A stretch of DNA of 43,513 nucleotides from a virus (Duplodnaviria; Caudoviricetes). Below are positions 17,101 to 25,871 of the stretch, one piece after another; the stretch's first letter is position 1; each line of letters starts with the position of its first letter. The notes below the pieces were generated by a model. It was not told the origin of the DNA, did not search any database, and worked only from the letters and a program-made list of their open reading frames with translations. The translations under genes were made by a program, and so were the position numbers. The DNA lies in the IMG/VR virus record IMGVR_UViG_3300011403_000019, positions 1 to 43,513 of that record; one strand, given 5' to 3'.

Positions 17101-18482
17101 TTTATCTGTGTCTGTATATCAGCGATCCTAGCACGGTAGTCATCCATCGTCGTGAGTATGTCTGACCCGTACGATGTCAACCAATGTGAGGCAGCAACTG
17201 CGCGCTGTTTCTCAGGCACCATCGCTGACCAAGCATCAAGCACAGGGCCATCTATAGTGAGGCTGTCTGATGCTACGCGATCATTCAACACCGCGCCTGT
17301 GTTACGTGTGTATAAGTCTTCAGCTTCACGTGCTACTTGACCACCGTGTATATCACGGATCATACCAAGAGGCTGTGCGTTCTGATCAATGAAACGCTCA
17401 CGCGCTGTACGGCGTAGGTTTTGTATACGTCCCCACATACCGCTGTTAGCTACAGCATCAATCTCCGATGATGGACCTAGCTGTTGTACAGGACCACCGT
17501 CTATAATAGCTTGACCTGTCGGTGCATTAGGGCTAACGCTGTAGTTTAGGTGCGGATCATTGTTAAGGTTGATTTCAACTTGACTAGGGTGTATCGCCTG
17601 CCTAGTCCTACCACGCACAGCAGCTACGAATGCAGCGGCAGCGCCTGTTGCACCTACCACACCAGCTAGTGCAGGAATGCCAGCAGGATCTTCTGGTGTA
17701 GGTGTGAATGCAGTACTCTTACCCTGTGCATAGCGCATGCCCTGATCTATAGCTAGACCAGCACCGGCGTTGATAGCTACGTTCGTAGCGTTATAAGGTA
17801 TGGTCAACGGTGTGAGTGCTTCACCTACACGCACAGCACCACGTACTGCGGGATTAGCCATGACACTCGCGGCAGCAGCACTCGTACGTGCAATGGCATT
17901 AGCACCGCTAAGAACAGGTCCAACAGGTGCACCTATGAACGCACCACCTATAGCTTCGGCAGCACTCTCTGTCCAACTGCGCTCATCTTCGGTGCGCTCA
18001 TCACCTAATAGTCGTCTACTAGTATCACGCCACTTAGCTGCAAGGTAGTGTGGACCGCTCAACTGTTCAGTAGAGAAGTCTTCAAACGCTTTCGACTTCT
18101 GATAGTCAGCGATACCACTCTTTAGTTGTTCATCAGTTAACGAAGGATCACGCCGTCTCCATGACGCTATTACATCTTGCAGATGCTTGAGCTTGTTATC
18201 ATCAGCACCTTCAACTTGAATGCGCTTCTGAAACTCATCTGAGAACTTGGTGTCCTTAGAATACGCATCGTAGAGTGCGCCTGCACCTTGATACACAGTA
18301 GGCCCGAAGTTGATTAAGTCTGTAGGCAGTGTCATCACACCTACAGCAGCAGACTTCAAGTGGTTCCTAACCCACGGCTCATCTGCGCTCGCAGTCTTAG
18401 CGTCTGTAGCTACACCGTCAGGATCGTAGCCGAACTTGGATATGAAGTCCTCACGTGTATACGCTGTATAACCGTCAGACAT
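14160..18482 (-). CDS. Large internal virion (ejection) protein
   Basis: 1440 aa, last gene of the structural arm, helical Ala-rich; position typical of podovirus core proteins. Confidence 0.6.
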   Translation of the reverse strand: MSDGYTAYTREDFISKFGYDPDGVATDAKTASADEPWVRNHLKSAAVGVMTLPTDLINFGPTVYQGAGALYDAYSKDTKFSDEFQKRIQVEGADDNKLKHLQDVIASWRRRDPSLTDEQLKSGIADYQKSKAFEDFSTEQLSGPHYLAAKWRDTSRRLLGDERTEDERSWTESAAEAIGGAFIGAPVGPVLSGANAIARTSAAAASVMANPAVRGAVRVGEALTPLTIPYNATNVAINAGAGLAIDQGMRYAQGKSTAFTPTPEDPAGIPALAGVVGATGAAAAFVAAVRGRTRQAIHPSQVEINLNNDPHLNYSVSPNAPTGQAIIDGGPVQQLGPSSEIDAVANSGMWGRIQNLRRTARERFIDQNAQPLGMIRDIHGGQVAREAEDLYTRNTGAVLNDRVASDSLTIDGPVLDAWSAMVPEKQRAVAASHWLTSYGSDILTTMDDYRARIADIQTQINNPYTHQSSLAGLRREEAALQTDLQRLVADDPTARQRIPARPQNSVFAARNAFIVDPDPQVAAYRNAVQARNRELLDRQVRSGRLSSVVADEWHRRNPYYVQAVSDPHGDLTGWSRTFADLSDKARTSRLRASEGTSKGALREGPLRSFSREIPQPPTTPNAPETRITQPLHPLSAAKQYTDKTLREAAHTTARNQLFRLLTRDAVGNPSHLVTNGRIRAVQSGQGRYWFTPAQLKSQQFRHLEDSPNIGIEWENGRARVWEFGDPEVARAARMEPVQLSGLMKAVTVITNNNKFWTTGPGNAPFAFINAYYNTAIAMLTHRNDRVFGPISHRLHQFLPERVARGINAVVPDISSVIVGIPYYAIRNLIQLQTHYLTRPIARALAQQVAPFQALQTALGPRAYNAVIAAASRAALWADNAEAVAVRRGGAGHGTHSIDNIPVVRNSFSAMKEHVPAPMRHVWQLYTDILDSFHMADKVQYYTQNHAMLSRQYGGNIPPARIERLLDETRNIAGDMSLVPGSKIMQDVERMVPYMTQTKLGAYHLIRNMFGRDTALTTLPRMMVGMGAIAQSYYFMTHWNDESRKMLWEQTPEYDRYRYAYLPAPKLALAHFQGKTLPFSEDLYYKIRIPPDIAGMVAGTAAFFQMMGAIPSSATIKPLSSDIGKVFIDSFTPAMPPVLQILLAQSGKRLDPSTSETRGGNWIRDSGSLFRAGPNAESVSNLGEISNSTSLMMAAMFGAMGTHIAMATDVMLHSANYNKGTGPSPLPTPRESANYGEGLRRATGEVFDRTVSRVPEIPLVWQNKERYSAMTPTWQVTSQNNVHISSIVGMRNDLGKAAMERRQAAVDAGGIPEKAMTSALLTQIANDIAAWQYPSGDLGKLKAQQAKIRAAVRGIDAQYNMPLEQRTQEKNKYVKLQNANLEQQRLATLYAEQVISDKYGQALQPLLRGRQINMSTLDKIMRENSGRPAAAPVGTQQQPVP

Positions 18483-21400
18483 TATTCTGGCTCTGCGGCT
18501 TCTTCAACTATAGGTGCTTGCACTGCTGCATTAGGCACAACGAATACAGGTGTACCATCAGGACCGATGATACGCTGCACAGGTGTACCTTTAGCAGCAG
18601 GCTTACCAGCACCCGGTAGAGGTACAGCATCTGCACCTGTAGCTGGCGGTCCACTAAGCACAGTGTTAGCAGGTCCAGCTTTACCCTTTGGTGGTGGTAC
18701 TATAAGTTCTTCTGACTTCGGATAGTACGGTTGTCCGTTAGGCATCAAACGCTCAGGTGCAGGTGGTGGTGGTGTAGGTGCACTAGGTGGACGACCATCC
18801 ATCTTAGGTGGCTGCTGTTGTCGATCTCTATACAACCAGTTAGTCAACATGCTCGCAGCATTAGGACCAGCGTTCTTTACAAACTCTTGTACAGCTTTCT
18901 GGAACACCTCTTGATTATCAACAGGTGGTTTGTTGTTCTCACCTGCGTAGTTGTAACGCTCCTTCAACCACTCACCGATCTGTTGCAGCTTCTCAGATGT
19001 GTTGCCACCACTAATGTAGTTCTTGTAGCTATCAACGTCAGTCTTCGGTCGGTCATTGGTAGCGTTAGGGTCTAGCGATGTAGACATATTAGGCAGCTTG
19101 CCACTATAGATAGCATCAATGATACTACGTGTAGTAGGCGCGTTACCTGATACAACCTCCGGCTCAAGCTGACGTGGTAGATTAGGTGGTAGCTGCGTTC
19201 CACCACGCGGCATCGTGTTGCTAGGTGCGCTAGCTACTGCACTTGTGCTACTACCATCTAGGGCAGGGAACGGCACTTTGAAGCCGGGAGGCAGCGGTGC
19301 GCGTGCTTCTGCTGTAGGTGTGTCTAGCGACGGCGAGAGCTTGAAGTAGTTAGGCGGCGTAGCACCACCGAGCAGTGGGTCAGGTGTAGCCTGACGTGGT
19401 GTTACAGATGAGAACTCATTAGGCAGTGGCTGCTTAGGCATAGCACCAGCTTCAAGCTGCGGAGGCATATCCGCTGGTGGTGTAGCTACTGCAAAGTCTT
19501 CATCAGTGTACGCAGGATTAGTGCGCTGCTTCATCGCACCGACCATAGCATCCTGCACGCTGTCATACGGACCCGGCGTACGATCAGCTTGTGTTATCTC
19601 CTGTTCAATAGGTGGACGAATAGGTGGCATGGGCATATCGAAGTATGACCCATACATGTCACCCGGTAGTTCATTATCAGCAGGCGTACCAGCAGCCGCA
19701 GCGTTGTAGTCAGGATCACTACGTGCTGTGAGTGTAGCTACATCAGGCGGTGTCTGCGGTCCCTGACTAGGCTGACCTGTGATAGTGTCAACACCATCTA
19801 CGAACCTGTTAGGATGATCTGGTCCTTTGAACTTGCTGGGCCAATGCAGCATGTTGTTGTCAGTAGGATCACGTACATCAGGACGCGCTCCAGACTTCCA
19901 TGCTTCACGGTAGTTGTAGTTAGGATCATCTAGGTTAGGTGGTTCATTGTACTTAGTGTTGAACTCCTTGTACCAATCAGTGTCACGTATACCACGCTGG
20001 AAGCGGCCTTCTTCATCTAGCCCATGATCAAGGTCACTACGTGCTATGACACTAGCTCTATCAGGCGGCGTGATACCTTTAGGCGTAGCTTCAGGAGTGG
20101 TAGGTGCAGTAGCAACCTGTGGTGTAGGTGCCTTATCACCAAATGCATTTTGTATAGGCGGTGCAAAGCTAGCAGTCACTTCACCGCTAGTCGGTATACG
20201 CGACATAGCTGAAGTAACTTCAGGGCGTGTAGGTGTGGTCGATGTAGCGGCTTGAGTTTGAGTTGCAGCAGGTGAAGCTGGTCCGGGCTGCGCCCTCTGG
20301 GCTACTTGTGTAGGTGCATTGCGTTCATGGTCTGCAAGCAGTTGCAGTCTAGAGAACTGTACTTCAGGACGCAGACGACCGCGACTACCACCCCAATCAT
20401 AGTGCATCGTATCAGCACGACCACTACCTTTGCTAGTCTCAAACGCACCACCATAGCCAATATGCTTCTCAGCCTCTGGATCGTTCTCACGTACCCACGT
20501 CTTAACACCACGTGCTAGCCGCGTATACAATCCAGTGTAGTCTGGACCGCTATGAGGTATACGCTCGCCATCAGGTGTAATGATCCTGAAGTCGCCAGCA
20601 TTGCCTTTGTGATGATGACTAGAAGCACGACCACCCGGTCTAGCACCTGATGTCTGCTCTATTGTATAACCCGGAGGTAGTGCTATCTCAGCACCACCAC
20701 GCACTGCACGTACTAGACGCGGATCAGTTCCCTTCGTGTCATGCTCTCTATGTGCACCGAACTGCTCACGCGGCATAAGCCCTGCTGGACGCTGTGGTAG
20801 TTGTGCAGTCTGTGGCTCCTGTACCTCTGGAGCAGGTGTAGACTTATACTGTCCTACAGGTTGATTGGCATGATCTGGGAACTGCCGCATGTACGCGTTC
20901 AGATATGGCGCTGACTTGTTCTGCAACGCCTCACGCACAGTTACGGTAGGCTTCTGACCATTGATAGCCAACACGTTGTAGTTAGGAATGACATTGCCAC
21001 TTGCATCGCGCGTAGTACCCATGATGTTGCCATCAATCATACGCGCGTCAGGGTTCTTCAAGTATGCAGCTATAGCACGTGGCCCAGCACCGCTACCCCA
21101 CTGATGCAGCGCGACAAACATCGGCACAGTTTCAGGCGTGAGTGGTAGCTTGATCTTATGATCACGCTCTAAGATGTCAGCGTTACGCCGCATATTGAAT
21201 GCAGCCGCAGGGATCATCTTAGCAGGGTTGTATATGTCTTGATTGCTGAGCTTGTATTCATCACGCAGCTTCTGTGTGAACTGGAAGATACCTTCAGCAG
21301 TGCTGTTCGGGTTCTTACCAAATGAACGACCACCGCCGTTCTCCATACCATACGCAGTCATCAGCGTACCACGTGGCAGTTGGAACTTGTCCTCCTGCTG

Positions 21401-22090
21401 GTGCATCAAGTCTAGCCACTTCTGATCTATGGGTAGATAAGTTGCTTGAGGCCGGGTCTGTGCTGTCCTAGCGGTAACACGCGGTTGCGAGGGTAGTTGA
21501 GTGTTAGGTGGAGGTTCTCTCCGAGGGGATCGTGGAGGCGCTGAGACAGACGGTGTACCTGTTGGCGGTAGCTTTGCTTGTGCACTGAAGTCCGTATGAT
21601 CTGCGGCTGCATAAGCATCCATTCCTGCGCCAGCGTTAGATGATTGTCGCGCGGGTGCTGCTGGCGCATTCACACCCGCGCCTTGACCGTTGTCATACGG
21701 GTTAGGCAGTGAGTAGACACTAGGACGTTGAGTACCTGTAGGCGCTGCTGATTGTGGTGCAGGAGCAGCATTAGGTGCCATAGGGTTGCCAACACCGGCA
21801 GCACCGGGTCCAAGTAGGTTAGGCCCTTGTGGTGCACCTGCTGGATTACGTAGTTGGTGGTCGTAGTCTCTACGATCATACCACCTAGTCTCATTCTCAC
21901 CTGTACGCCTATCAGCATCAGCAGAGCGCATGCCGTACATCTTCTCTTGATGTTCCTGCTGCGCCATGCGTTCTTCGTATCTAGCTAGCAACTGCGTATA
22001 CAGACGTGCAAGAGCCTGATTGCCCTGTGCCATCTGCATAACAAAGTCGCCAGTCTGATCCTTAATAGCGACTGGCATCGTCTTAGGCAT
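18482..22090 (-). CDS. Pro-rich internal virion protein with lytic transglycosylase-like and M15 peptidase-like domains
   Basis: LMTAYGMENGG...AEGIFQF (SLT-like); SGAR...SHHHKGNAGDF...DTMHYD (M15-like). Confidence 0.7.
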   Translation of the reverse strand: MPKTMPVAIKDQTGDFVMQMAQGNQALARLYTQLLARYEERMAQQEHQEKMYGMRSADADRRTGENETRWYDRRDYDHQLRNPAGAPQGPNLLGPGAAGVGNPMAPNAAPAPQSAAPTGTQRPSVYSLPNPYDNGQGAGVNAPAAPARQSSNAGAGMDAYAAADHTDFSAQAKLPPTGTPSVSAPPRSPRREPPPNTQLPSQPRVTARTAQTRPQATYLPIDQKWLDLMHQQEDKFQLPRGTLMTAYGMENGGGRSFGKNPNSTAEGIFQFTQKLRDEYKLSNQDIYNPAKMIPAAAFNMRRNADILERDHKIKLPLTPETVPMFVALHQWGSGAGPRAIAAYLKNPDARMIDGNIMGTTRDASGNVIPNYNVLAINGQKPTVTVREALQNKSAPYLNAYMRQFPDHANQPVGQYKSTPAPEVQEPQTAQLPQRPAGLMPREQFGAHREHDTKGTDPRLVRAVRGGAEIALPPGYTIEQTSGARPGGRASSHHHKGNAGDFRIITPDGERIPHSGPDYTGLYTRLARGVKTWVRENDPEAEKHIGYGGAFETSKGSGRADTMHYDWGGSRGRLRPEVQFSRLQLLADHERNAPTQVAQRAQPGPASPAATQTQAATSTTPTRPEVTSAMSRIPTSGEVTASFAPPIQNAFGDKAPTPQVATAPTTPEATPKGITPPDRASVIARSDLDHGLDEEGRFQRGIRDTDWYKEFNTKYNEPPNLDDPNYNYREAWKSGARPDVRDPTDNNMLHWPSKFKGPDHPNRFVDGVDTITGQPSQGPQTPPDVATLTARSDPDYNAAAAGTPADNELPGDMYGSYFDMPMPPIRPPIEQEITQADRTPGPYDSVQDAMVGAMKQRTNPAYTDEDFAVATPPADMPPQLEAGAMPKQPLPNEFSSVTPRQATPDPLLGGATPPNYFKLSPSLDTPTAEARAPLPPGFKVPFPALDGSSTSAVASAPSNTMPRGGTQLPPNLPRQLEPEVVSGNAPTTRSIIDAIYSGKLPNMSTSLDPNATNDRPKTDVDSYKNYISGGNTSEKLQQIGEWLKERYNYAGENNKPPVDNQEVFQKAVQEFVKNAGPNAASMLTNWLYRDRQQQPPKMDGRPPSAPTPPPPAPERLMPNGQPYYPKSEELIVPPPKGKAGPANTVLSGPPATGADAVPLPGAGKPAAKGTPVQRIIGPDGTPVFVVPNAAVQAPIVEEAAEPE

Positions 22091-22099
22091 TGTGTACTC

Positions 22100-23170
22100 C
22101 TAGTACGAACTATCGTAGTCACTCTGGTTCATTGTAAACATGCCATTACTGCCACCACTATCACCTGTAGCAGCGAAGCCACCAACACCAGCACCACCAC
22201 CTTGTCTGTTGTTGTACGCACCCTTGGCACCCATAGCACCGAATGCACTGCTAATGCTGCTACCAAGTCCTGCTAGTGCATTACCGTATCCGAGGTTAGG
22301 CTGTACGTAGTCAAACTCACCACCTTGCTTAGCGAACATCTTCGTGATGTCCTGACCAGCAACCAGCGAGTTACGTGCAGCATCGCCCATCTTATCACCA
22401 GCGAGCGGATCTTGTGGCTTGTATTCAGCATTGGCACCTTGCGATGCACGTGTAGCGAACAGGTTGTAGAGGTTAGCAAGTGGCATACGCTGTTCGTTCT
22501 TCTCACGACGACCCATACCACGCGACATGAGTTTAGATTGTAGTGCTGCATTAGAGTATGCGCGGTTAGTCTTATCCTGCATAGCAGCCGCAGCAGCAGC
22601 TACGTTGCTACTACCTGCTCCAGTGCGGAACAAGTTCATAAACGCCTTGCCACCAGCTTCGCGCTCTGCATCCTGCAAGCCACGTGTCTGTGCAGTGTAG
22701 AGGTCATTAGCATATGCCTCATCACCACGCTCAGGTGTAGCTTCTAGGTTAGCAAGCTTACGCTTATACGTATCAGCTAGAGCTTCTTCACCTAGTCCGC
22801 GGTTGTAGTTGCGCTGCCGTACAGCACGCGCCATCGGCAGGTCTTTAGTGAGTACGTTGAGTTGCTCAGCCTCTTGCAACTCGAACAGACGCTTCATCGT
22901 ATCTGACGGCGTACTCACCCATCCCTGACCGGGGACGAACTTAGTACGCATACCACGTGCGTCAGTGTATCCTAGCTTCTGTTCCGCTTGCAGCTTCTTA
23001 GCCATCTGAATGGCTTCTTGCCGCTCACGTTCACGCATCGCCATGTTGGCGTAGTTGAAGTCCATGTTGGCGCGCGTAGCATCACGTTGCGCGTCAGCCT
23101 GCTCCATCTGCCCCATGTAGCTAAGGACACCACCGGCAATACCGCCGATTGCTCCTAGACCCATGTCCAT
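22100..23170 (-). CDS. Internal virion / DNA ejection protein
   Basis: Gly-rich hydrophobic N-terminus (GAIGGIAGGVLS), coiled coil; GGAGG RBS. Confidence 0.6.
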   Translation of the reverse strand: MDMGLGAIGGIAGGVLSYMGQMEQADAQRDATRANMDFNYANMAMRERERQEAIQMAKKLQAEQKLGYTDARGMRTKFVPGQGWVSTPSDTMKRLFELQEAEQLNVLTKDLPMARAVRQRNYNRGLGEEALADTYKRKLANLEATPERGDEAYANDLYTAQTRGLQDAEREAGGKAFMNLFRTGAGSSNVAAAAAAMQDKTNRAYSNAALQSKLMSRGMGRREKNEQRMPLANLYNLFATRASQGANAEYKPQDPLAGDKMGDAARNSLVAGQDITKMFAKQGGEFDYVQPNLGYGNALAGLGSSISSAFGAMGAKGAYNNRQGGGAGVGGFAATGDSGGSNGMFTMNQSDYDSSY

Positions 23171-23197
23171 TGTTGCACCTCCTATACAGCGTATACC

Positions 23198-24319
23198 TTA
23201 GAAGATGCCTTCGTTAGCCTTGACGTTGGTGTTGTTACGAGTAGCTTCATTCTCGAAGGTATCGAGCAATGCGCTGCTACCGCTATCAGCACCCGGCGCG
23301 CTAGCACTTCCAACACGTGCCTTAGCTTTACCGAGTAGCGAGTTAACATCGAAGAACTGCTTGCCACCAACAGCGCCACGTACGTCACCTTCAAGCTGCG
23401 AACCACGCTCATCAGCATAACGCTTGATGCGGCCAGCTTCAGCAGTCGGATCGTATGTAGAGCCGAAGTCCCATGCAGCAGCACTATCGAGGCTACCCTG
23501 ACGACGAGTGTTGATGTCACCAACAATGTCCTCAAGCACACCGCGACCAATGCCTTGTAGTTCGGTGTTAGCAGTAGCACGACCAGTGTCGAGGTCGCGT
23601 AGTGCACGATCATACACACTGCTCGTAGCCTGACCACGATCACGTGCAGACTGCAAGTCCGCGAGAGCATCGCCGTATTGCGTATCGAGGATGCTGCTCA
23701 GGATTGCGTCATCGCGTGTATTACCGAAGGTGTCTTCAGCGTAGTAGGGGTTGATCTGGCTACCAAACTGCTGACCGTACTTAGTACGCTGACCAGTACG
23801 TGCACTACCGATTTCTTCTTCATACACGTTCGGTGAGAATGCACCACTGTAGTCGGCACCTGTTTGCAGCGAGTTGTTAGCAGTGTCATACTTACCCATG
23901 ATGCTGCTATACAACCCGTACTCATCACCGGGCTGAATGCCGAGAGAGTTCAACCTATTACGTGCGCTTGACTGTGCACCTTGATAAGCTGAGTTCTTAC
24001 TAGACAACCACGCAGCATCAGCAGCGTCTTTCTCAGTCTTAGCTTTCAAGTCGGCAGCAGCTTGACGCTTTTCCTCACGTGCAAACTCTTGCTGAGCTTC
24101 CCACTCGCGGGCTTCAGCTTGTTCTTTAGGTGTAGGTTGCGGTGGTGGCACATATCCACCACCGCCCTTAGTCTCAAGCACACGCTCATGCTTGACGACC
24201 TTCCCAGGTTTCTTACTCGTAACTGATGTGACGGCAGTCGCAGCCACACCTTCGTTGTTGCTATTGCGCTGTGCGTTGTTCTTCGACAGCGCCCACGACG
24301 CGATGTGTGGAGCGATCAT
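23198..24319 (-). CDS. Putative internal virion protein
   Basis: 373 aa, GAGGA RBS, between GNAT and ejection genes. Confidence 0.6.
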   Translation of the reverse strand: MIAPHIASWALSKNNAQRNSNNEGVAATAVTSVTSKKPGKVVKHERVLETKGGGGYVPPPQPTPKEQAEAREWEAQQEFAREEKRQAAADLKAKTEKDAADAAWLSSKNSAYQGAQSSARNRLNSLGIQPGDEYGLYSSIMGKYDTANNSLQTGADYSGAFSPNVYEEEIGSARTGQRTKYGQQFGSQINPYYAEDTFGNTRDDAILSSILDTQYGDALADLQSARDRGQATSSVYDRALRDLDTGRATANTELQGIGRGVLEDIVGDINTRRQGSLDSAAAWDFGSTYDPTAEAGRIKRYADERGSQLEGDVRGAVGGKQFFDVNSLLGKAKARVGSASAPGADSGSSALLDTFENEATRNNTNVKANEGIF

Positions 24320-24824
24320 TGTCCTCGTCCTTGTTTACTGGTGTTGATGTGTACTTAGGCACTTTCACAGCGATATAGCCTTGAGTTCTGTAACCAAGTC
24401 TAGACATTAGTTTCATTATACGCATAACTAAAGTGTCATCAGCATCATGTTCGACTTGCATATAGATGCGCTCGACATTGTGAGACAAAGCCCAACGCTC
24501 AAATTGTACCAGTAGTTCGATTGACGCGCGAGAGCCTCTAGCTCGCGGGACAACGTACCACATTTCCTGTACAGCATAACTCCTAAAGCTGTAGAAACTA
24601 GGACGAATAGTACCAGCGAGATAACCAATAGGCTTGTCATCGTCATCGTATACCACCCAGCAGTTTAGATGCCTACGTTGCTTGTCCATTACACAGTGAA
24701 ACGCAGCTTGTCCTACAGCCTTGCGATCGAACTCGCGTGAGGTGCCGAACTCATCGTGATGCTGTTGAGCTAGTTCCTCAACATCAGTGCCGTCTTTAGG
24801 TGTTTCGATCTGTGCAATTCTCAT
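24261..24824 (-). CDS. GNAT-family acetyltransferase
   Basis: IGYLAG...EMWYVVPRARGS...LLVQFERWA...RLGY. Confidence 0.75.
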   Translation of the reverse strand: MRIAQIETPKDGTDVEELAQQHHDEFGTSREFDRKAVGQAAFHCVMDKQRRHLNCWVVYDDDDKPIGYLAGTIRPSFYSFRSYAVQEMWYVVPRARGSRASIELLVQFERWALSHNVERIYMQVEHDADDTLVMRIMKLMSRLGYRTQGYIAVKVPKYTSTPVNKDEDNDRSTHRVVGAVEEQRTAQ

Positions 24825-24826
24825 CT

Positions 24827-25021
24827 TCAATCCAAACACGCATCTGTGCGTACTGTTGTATTCCTAACACGCCCACCGACCCATGTATCAGTCACGCGCT
24901 TCTCTGTATTGATAACACCGCCACGACACTTAGGCACTTCAACATCATCTACCCATCTACCGCCTGTCACACGACACCCACAGAGTACGAGTATACAAAG
25001 TATAACCGCAGCCGTACGCAT
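24827..25021 (-). CDS. Small lipoprotein (spanin-like or exclusion)
   Basis: TGATG coupling; MRTAAVILCILVLCGC signal peptide with lipobox-like LCGC. Confidence 0.55.
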   Translation of the reverse strand: MRTAAVILCILVLCGCRVTGGRWVDDVEVPKCRGGVINTEKRVTDTWVGGRVRNTTVRTDACLD

Positions 25022-25227
25022 CACAGCCTCATAGGCGTTACTACACCAAGCAAGCCTGCGATGATCCACACTACAACAAGCACGACGATGACTGTAACGA
25101 GCACATTGATGATCGTTGCGAACGGTGGTGGCAATGGCACAAGAGGCAGCAACGACTGCACAGCCCACAAGACCACACCAAGCACGATCAACGTGAGGAT
25201 GATAGAGATCAGTGTTCCGATCATCAC
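25021..25227 (-). CDS. Two-TM membrane protein, holin candidate
   Basis: Two long hydrophobic helices separated by PLVPLPPP; AGGAG RBS. Confidence 0.6.
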   Translation of the reverse strand: MMIGTLISIILTLIVLGVVLWAVQSLLPLVPLPPPFATIINVLVTVIVVLVVVWIIAGLLGVVTPMRL

Positions 25228-25233
25228 ACTCTC

Positions 25234-25461
25234 CTATTTGAGTTCTTCAAGACGTGCCTTAATGCTTTCACATGTTTCGACCACCGAGAAGAACCGCCCA
25301 TCGGTAGTATAGATGACACAGTGTACAATGTCAGTAACTAGCTTCCCCTTTGTATCTGCTACGCCAACAATGTGCTTCGGGTTGACATTCATCTTACGTC
25401 CATCAGGCGTTTGCAGTACGATGTATTGTGTTGCAGCAGCGACAACGAGTGCCTCGATCAT
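25234..25461 (-). CDS. FlbD-like small protein
   Basis: L.TPDGRKMNVNPKHI...IYTTDGRFFSVVETCESI resembles the FlbD family pattern. Confidence 0.45.
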   Translation of the reverse strand: MIEALVVAAATQYIVLQTPDGRKMNVNPKHIVGVADTKGKLVTDIVHCVIYTTDGRFFSVVETCESIKARLEELK

Positions 25462-25871
25462 GGTGGATATGCCAGTATAGTAGCAGGGTTAGCACCGATA
25501 GCTGCAACGATTGCAAGTATCAGTGGGTTGTCAGTCATAAAGCCATCAGATGCGAGCCACAGTTCATGCTCGTAATCATGCGAATTGAAGTACGTCTTAA
25601 GTTGATTGAACTTACCCGCAGCGTTGACACGTTCAAGGAACTTCGTGCGTGTGATACGGAATACAGTAGTAGTTGGTGGCGGTACATACGGAGCAATAGG
25701 ACCATACATGCCCAAGCTAGCGTTGTTGTACAACTCTACGCCATGAGGCACTGTGTCTGTAGGTGTAGCATGGAATGGCATTTCAGCAGCAAAGCCTGAG
25801 AACTTCACAAGCAGGTTGATCGTGCCGTCTGCTGTGTAGATAGGACTGTGCGCACTCTCTATGACGTACAT
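25458..25871 (-). CDS. Tail fibre assembly-like protein
   Basis: TAATG coupling to tail fibre; PFHATPTD..PHGVELY...YGPIAPY motif. Confidence 0.65.
   Translation of the reverse strand: MYVIESAHSPIYTADGTINLLVKFSGFAAEMPFHATPTDTVPHGVELYNNASLGMYGPIAPYVPPPTTTVFRITRTKFLERVNAAGKFNQLKTYFNSHDYEHELWLASDGFMTDNPLILAIVAAIGANPATILAYPP

Noticed and set aside
14160-18482. 1440-aa protein as a virion RNA polymerase reading hairpin promoters
   Set aside because: No T7-like or DxDGD polymerase motifs recognised; far smaller than N4 vRNAP. A structure search would be needed to exclude it fully.
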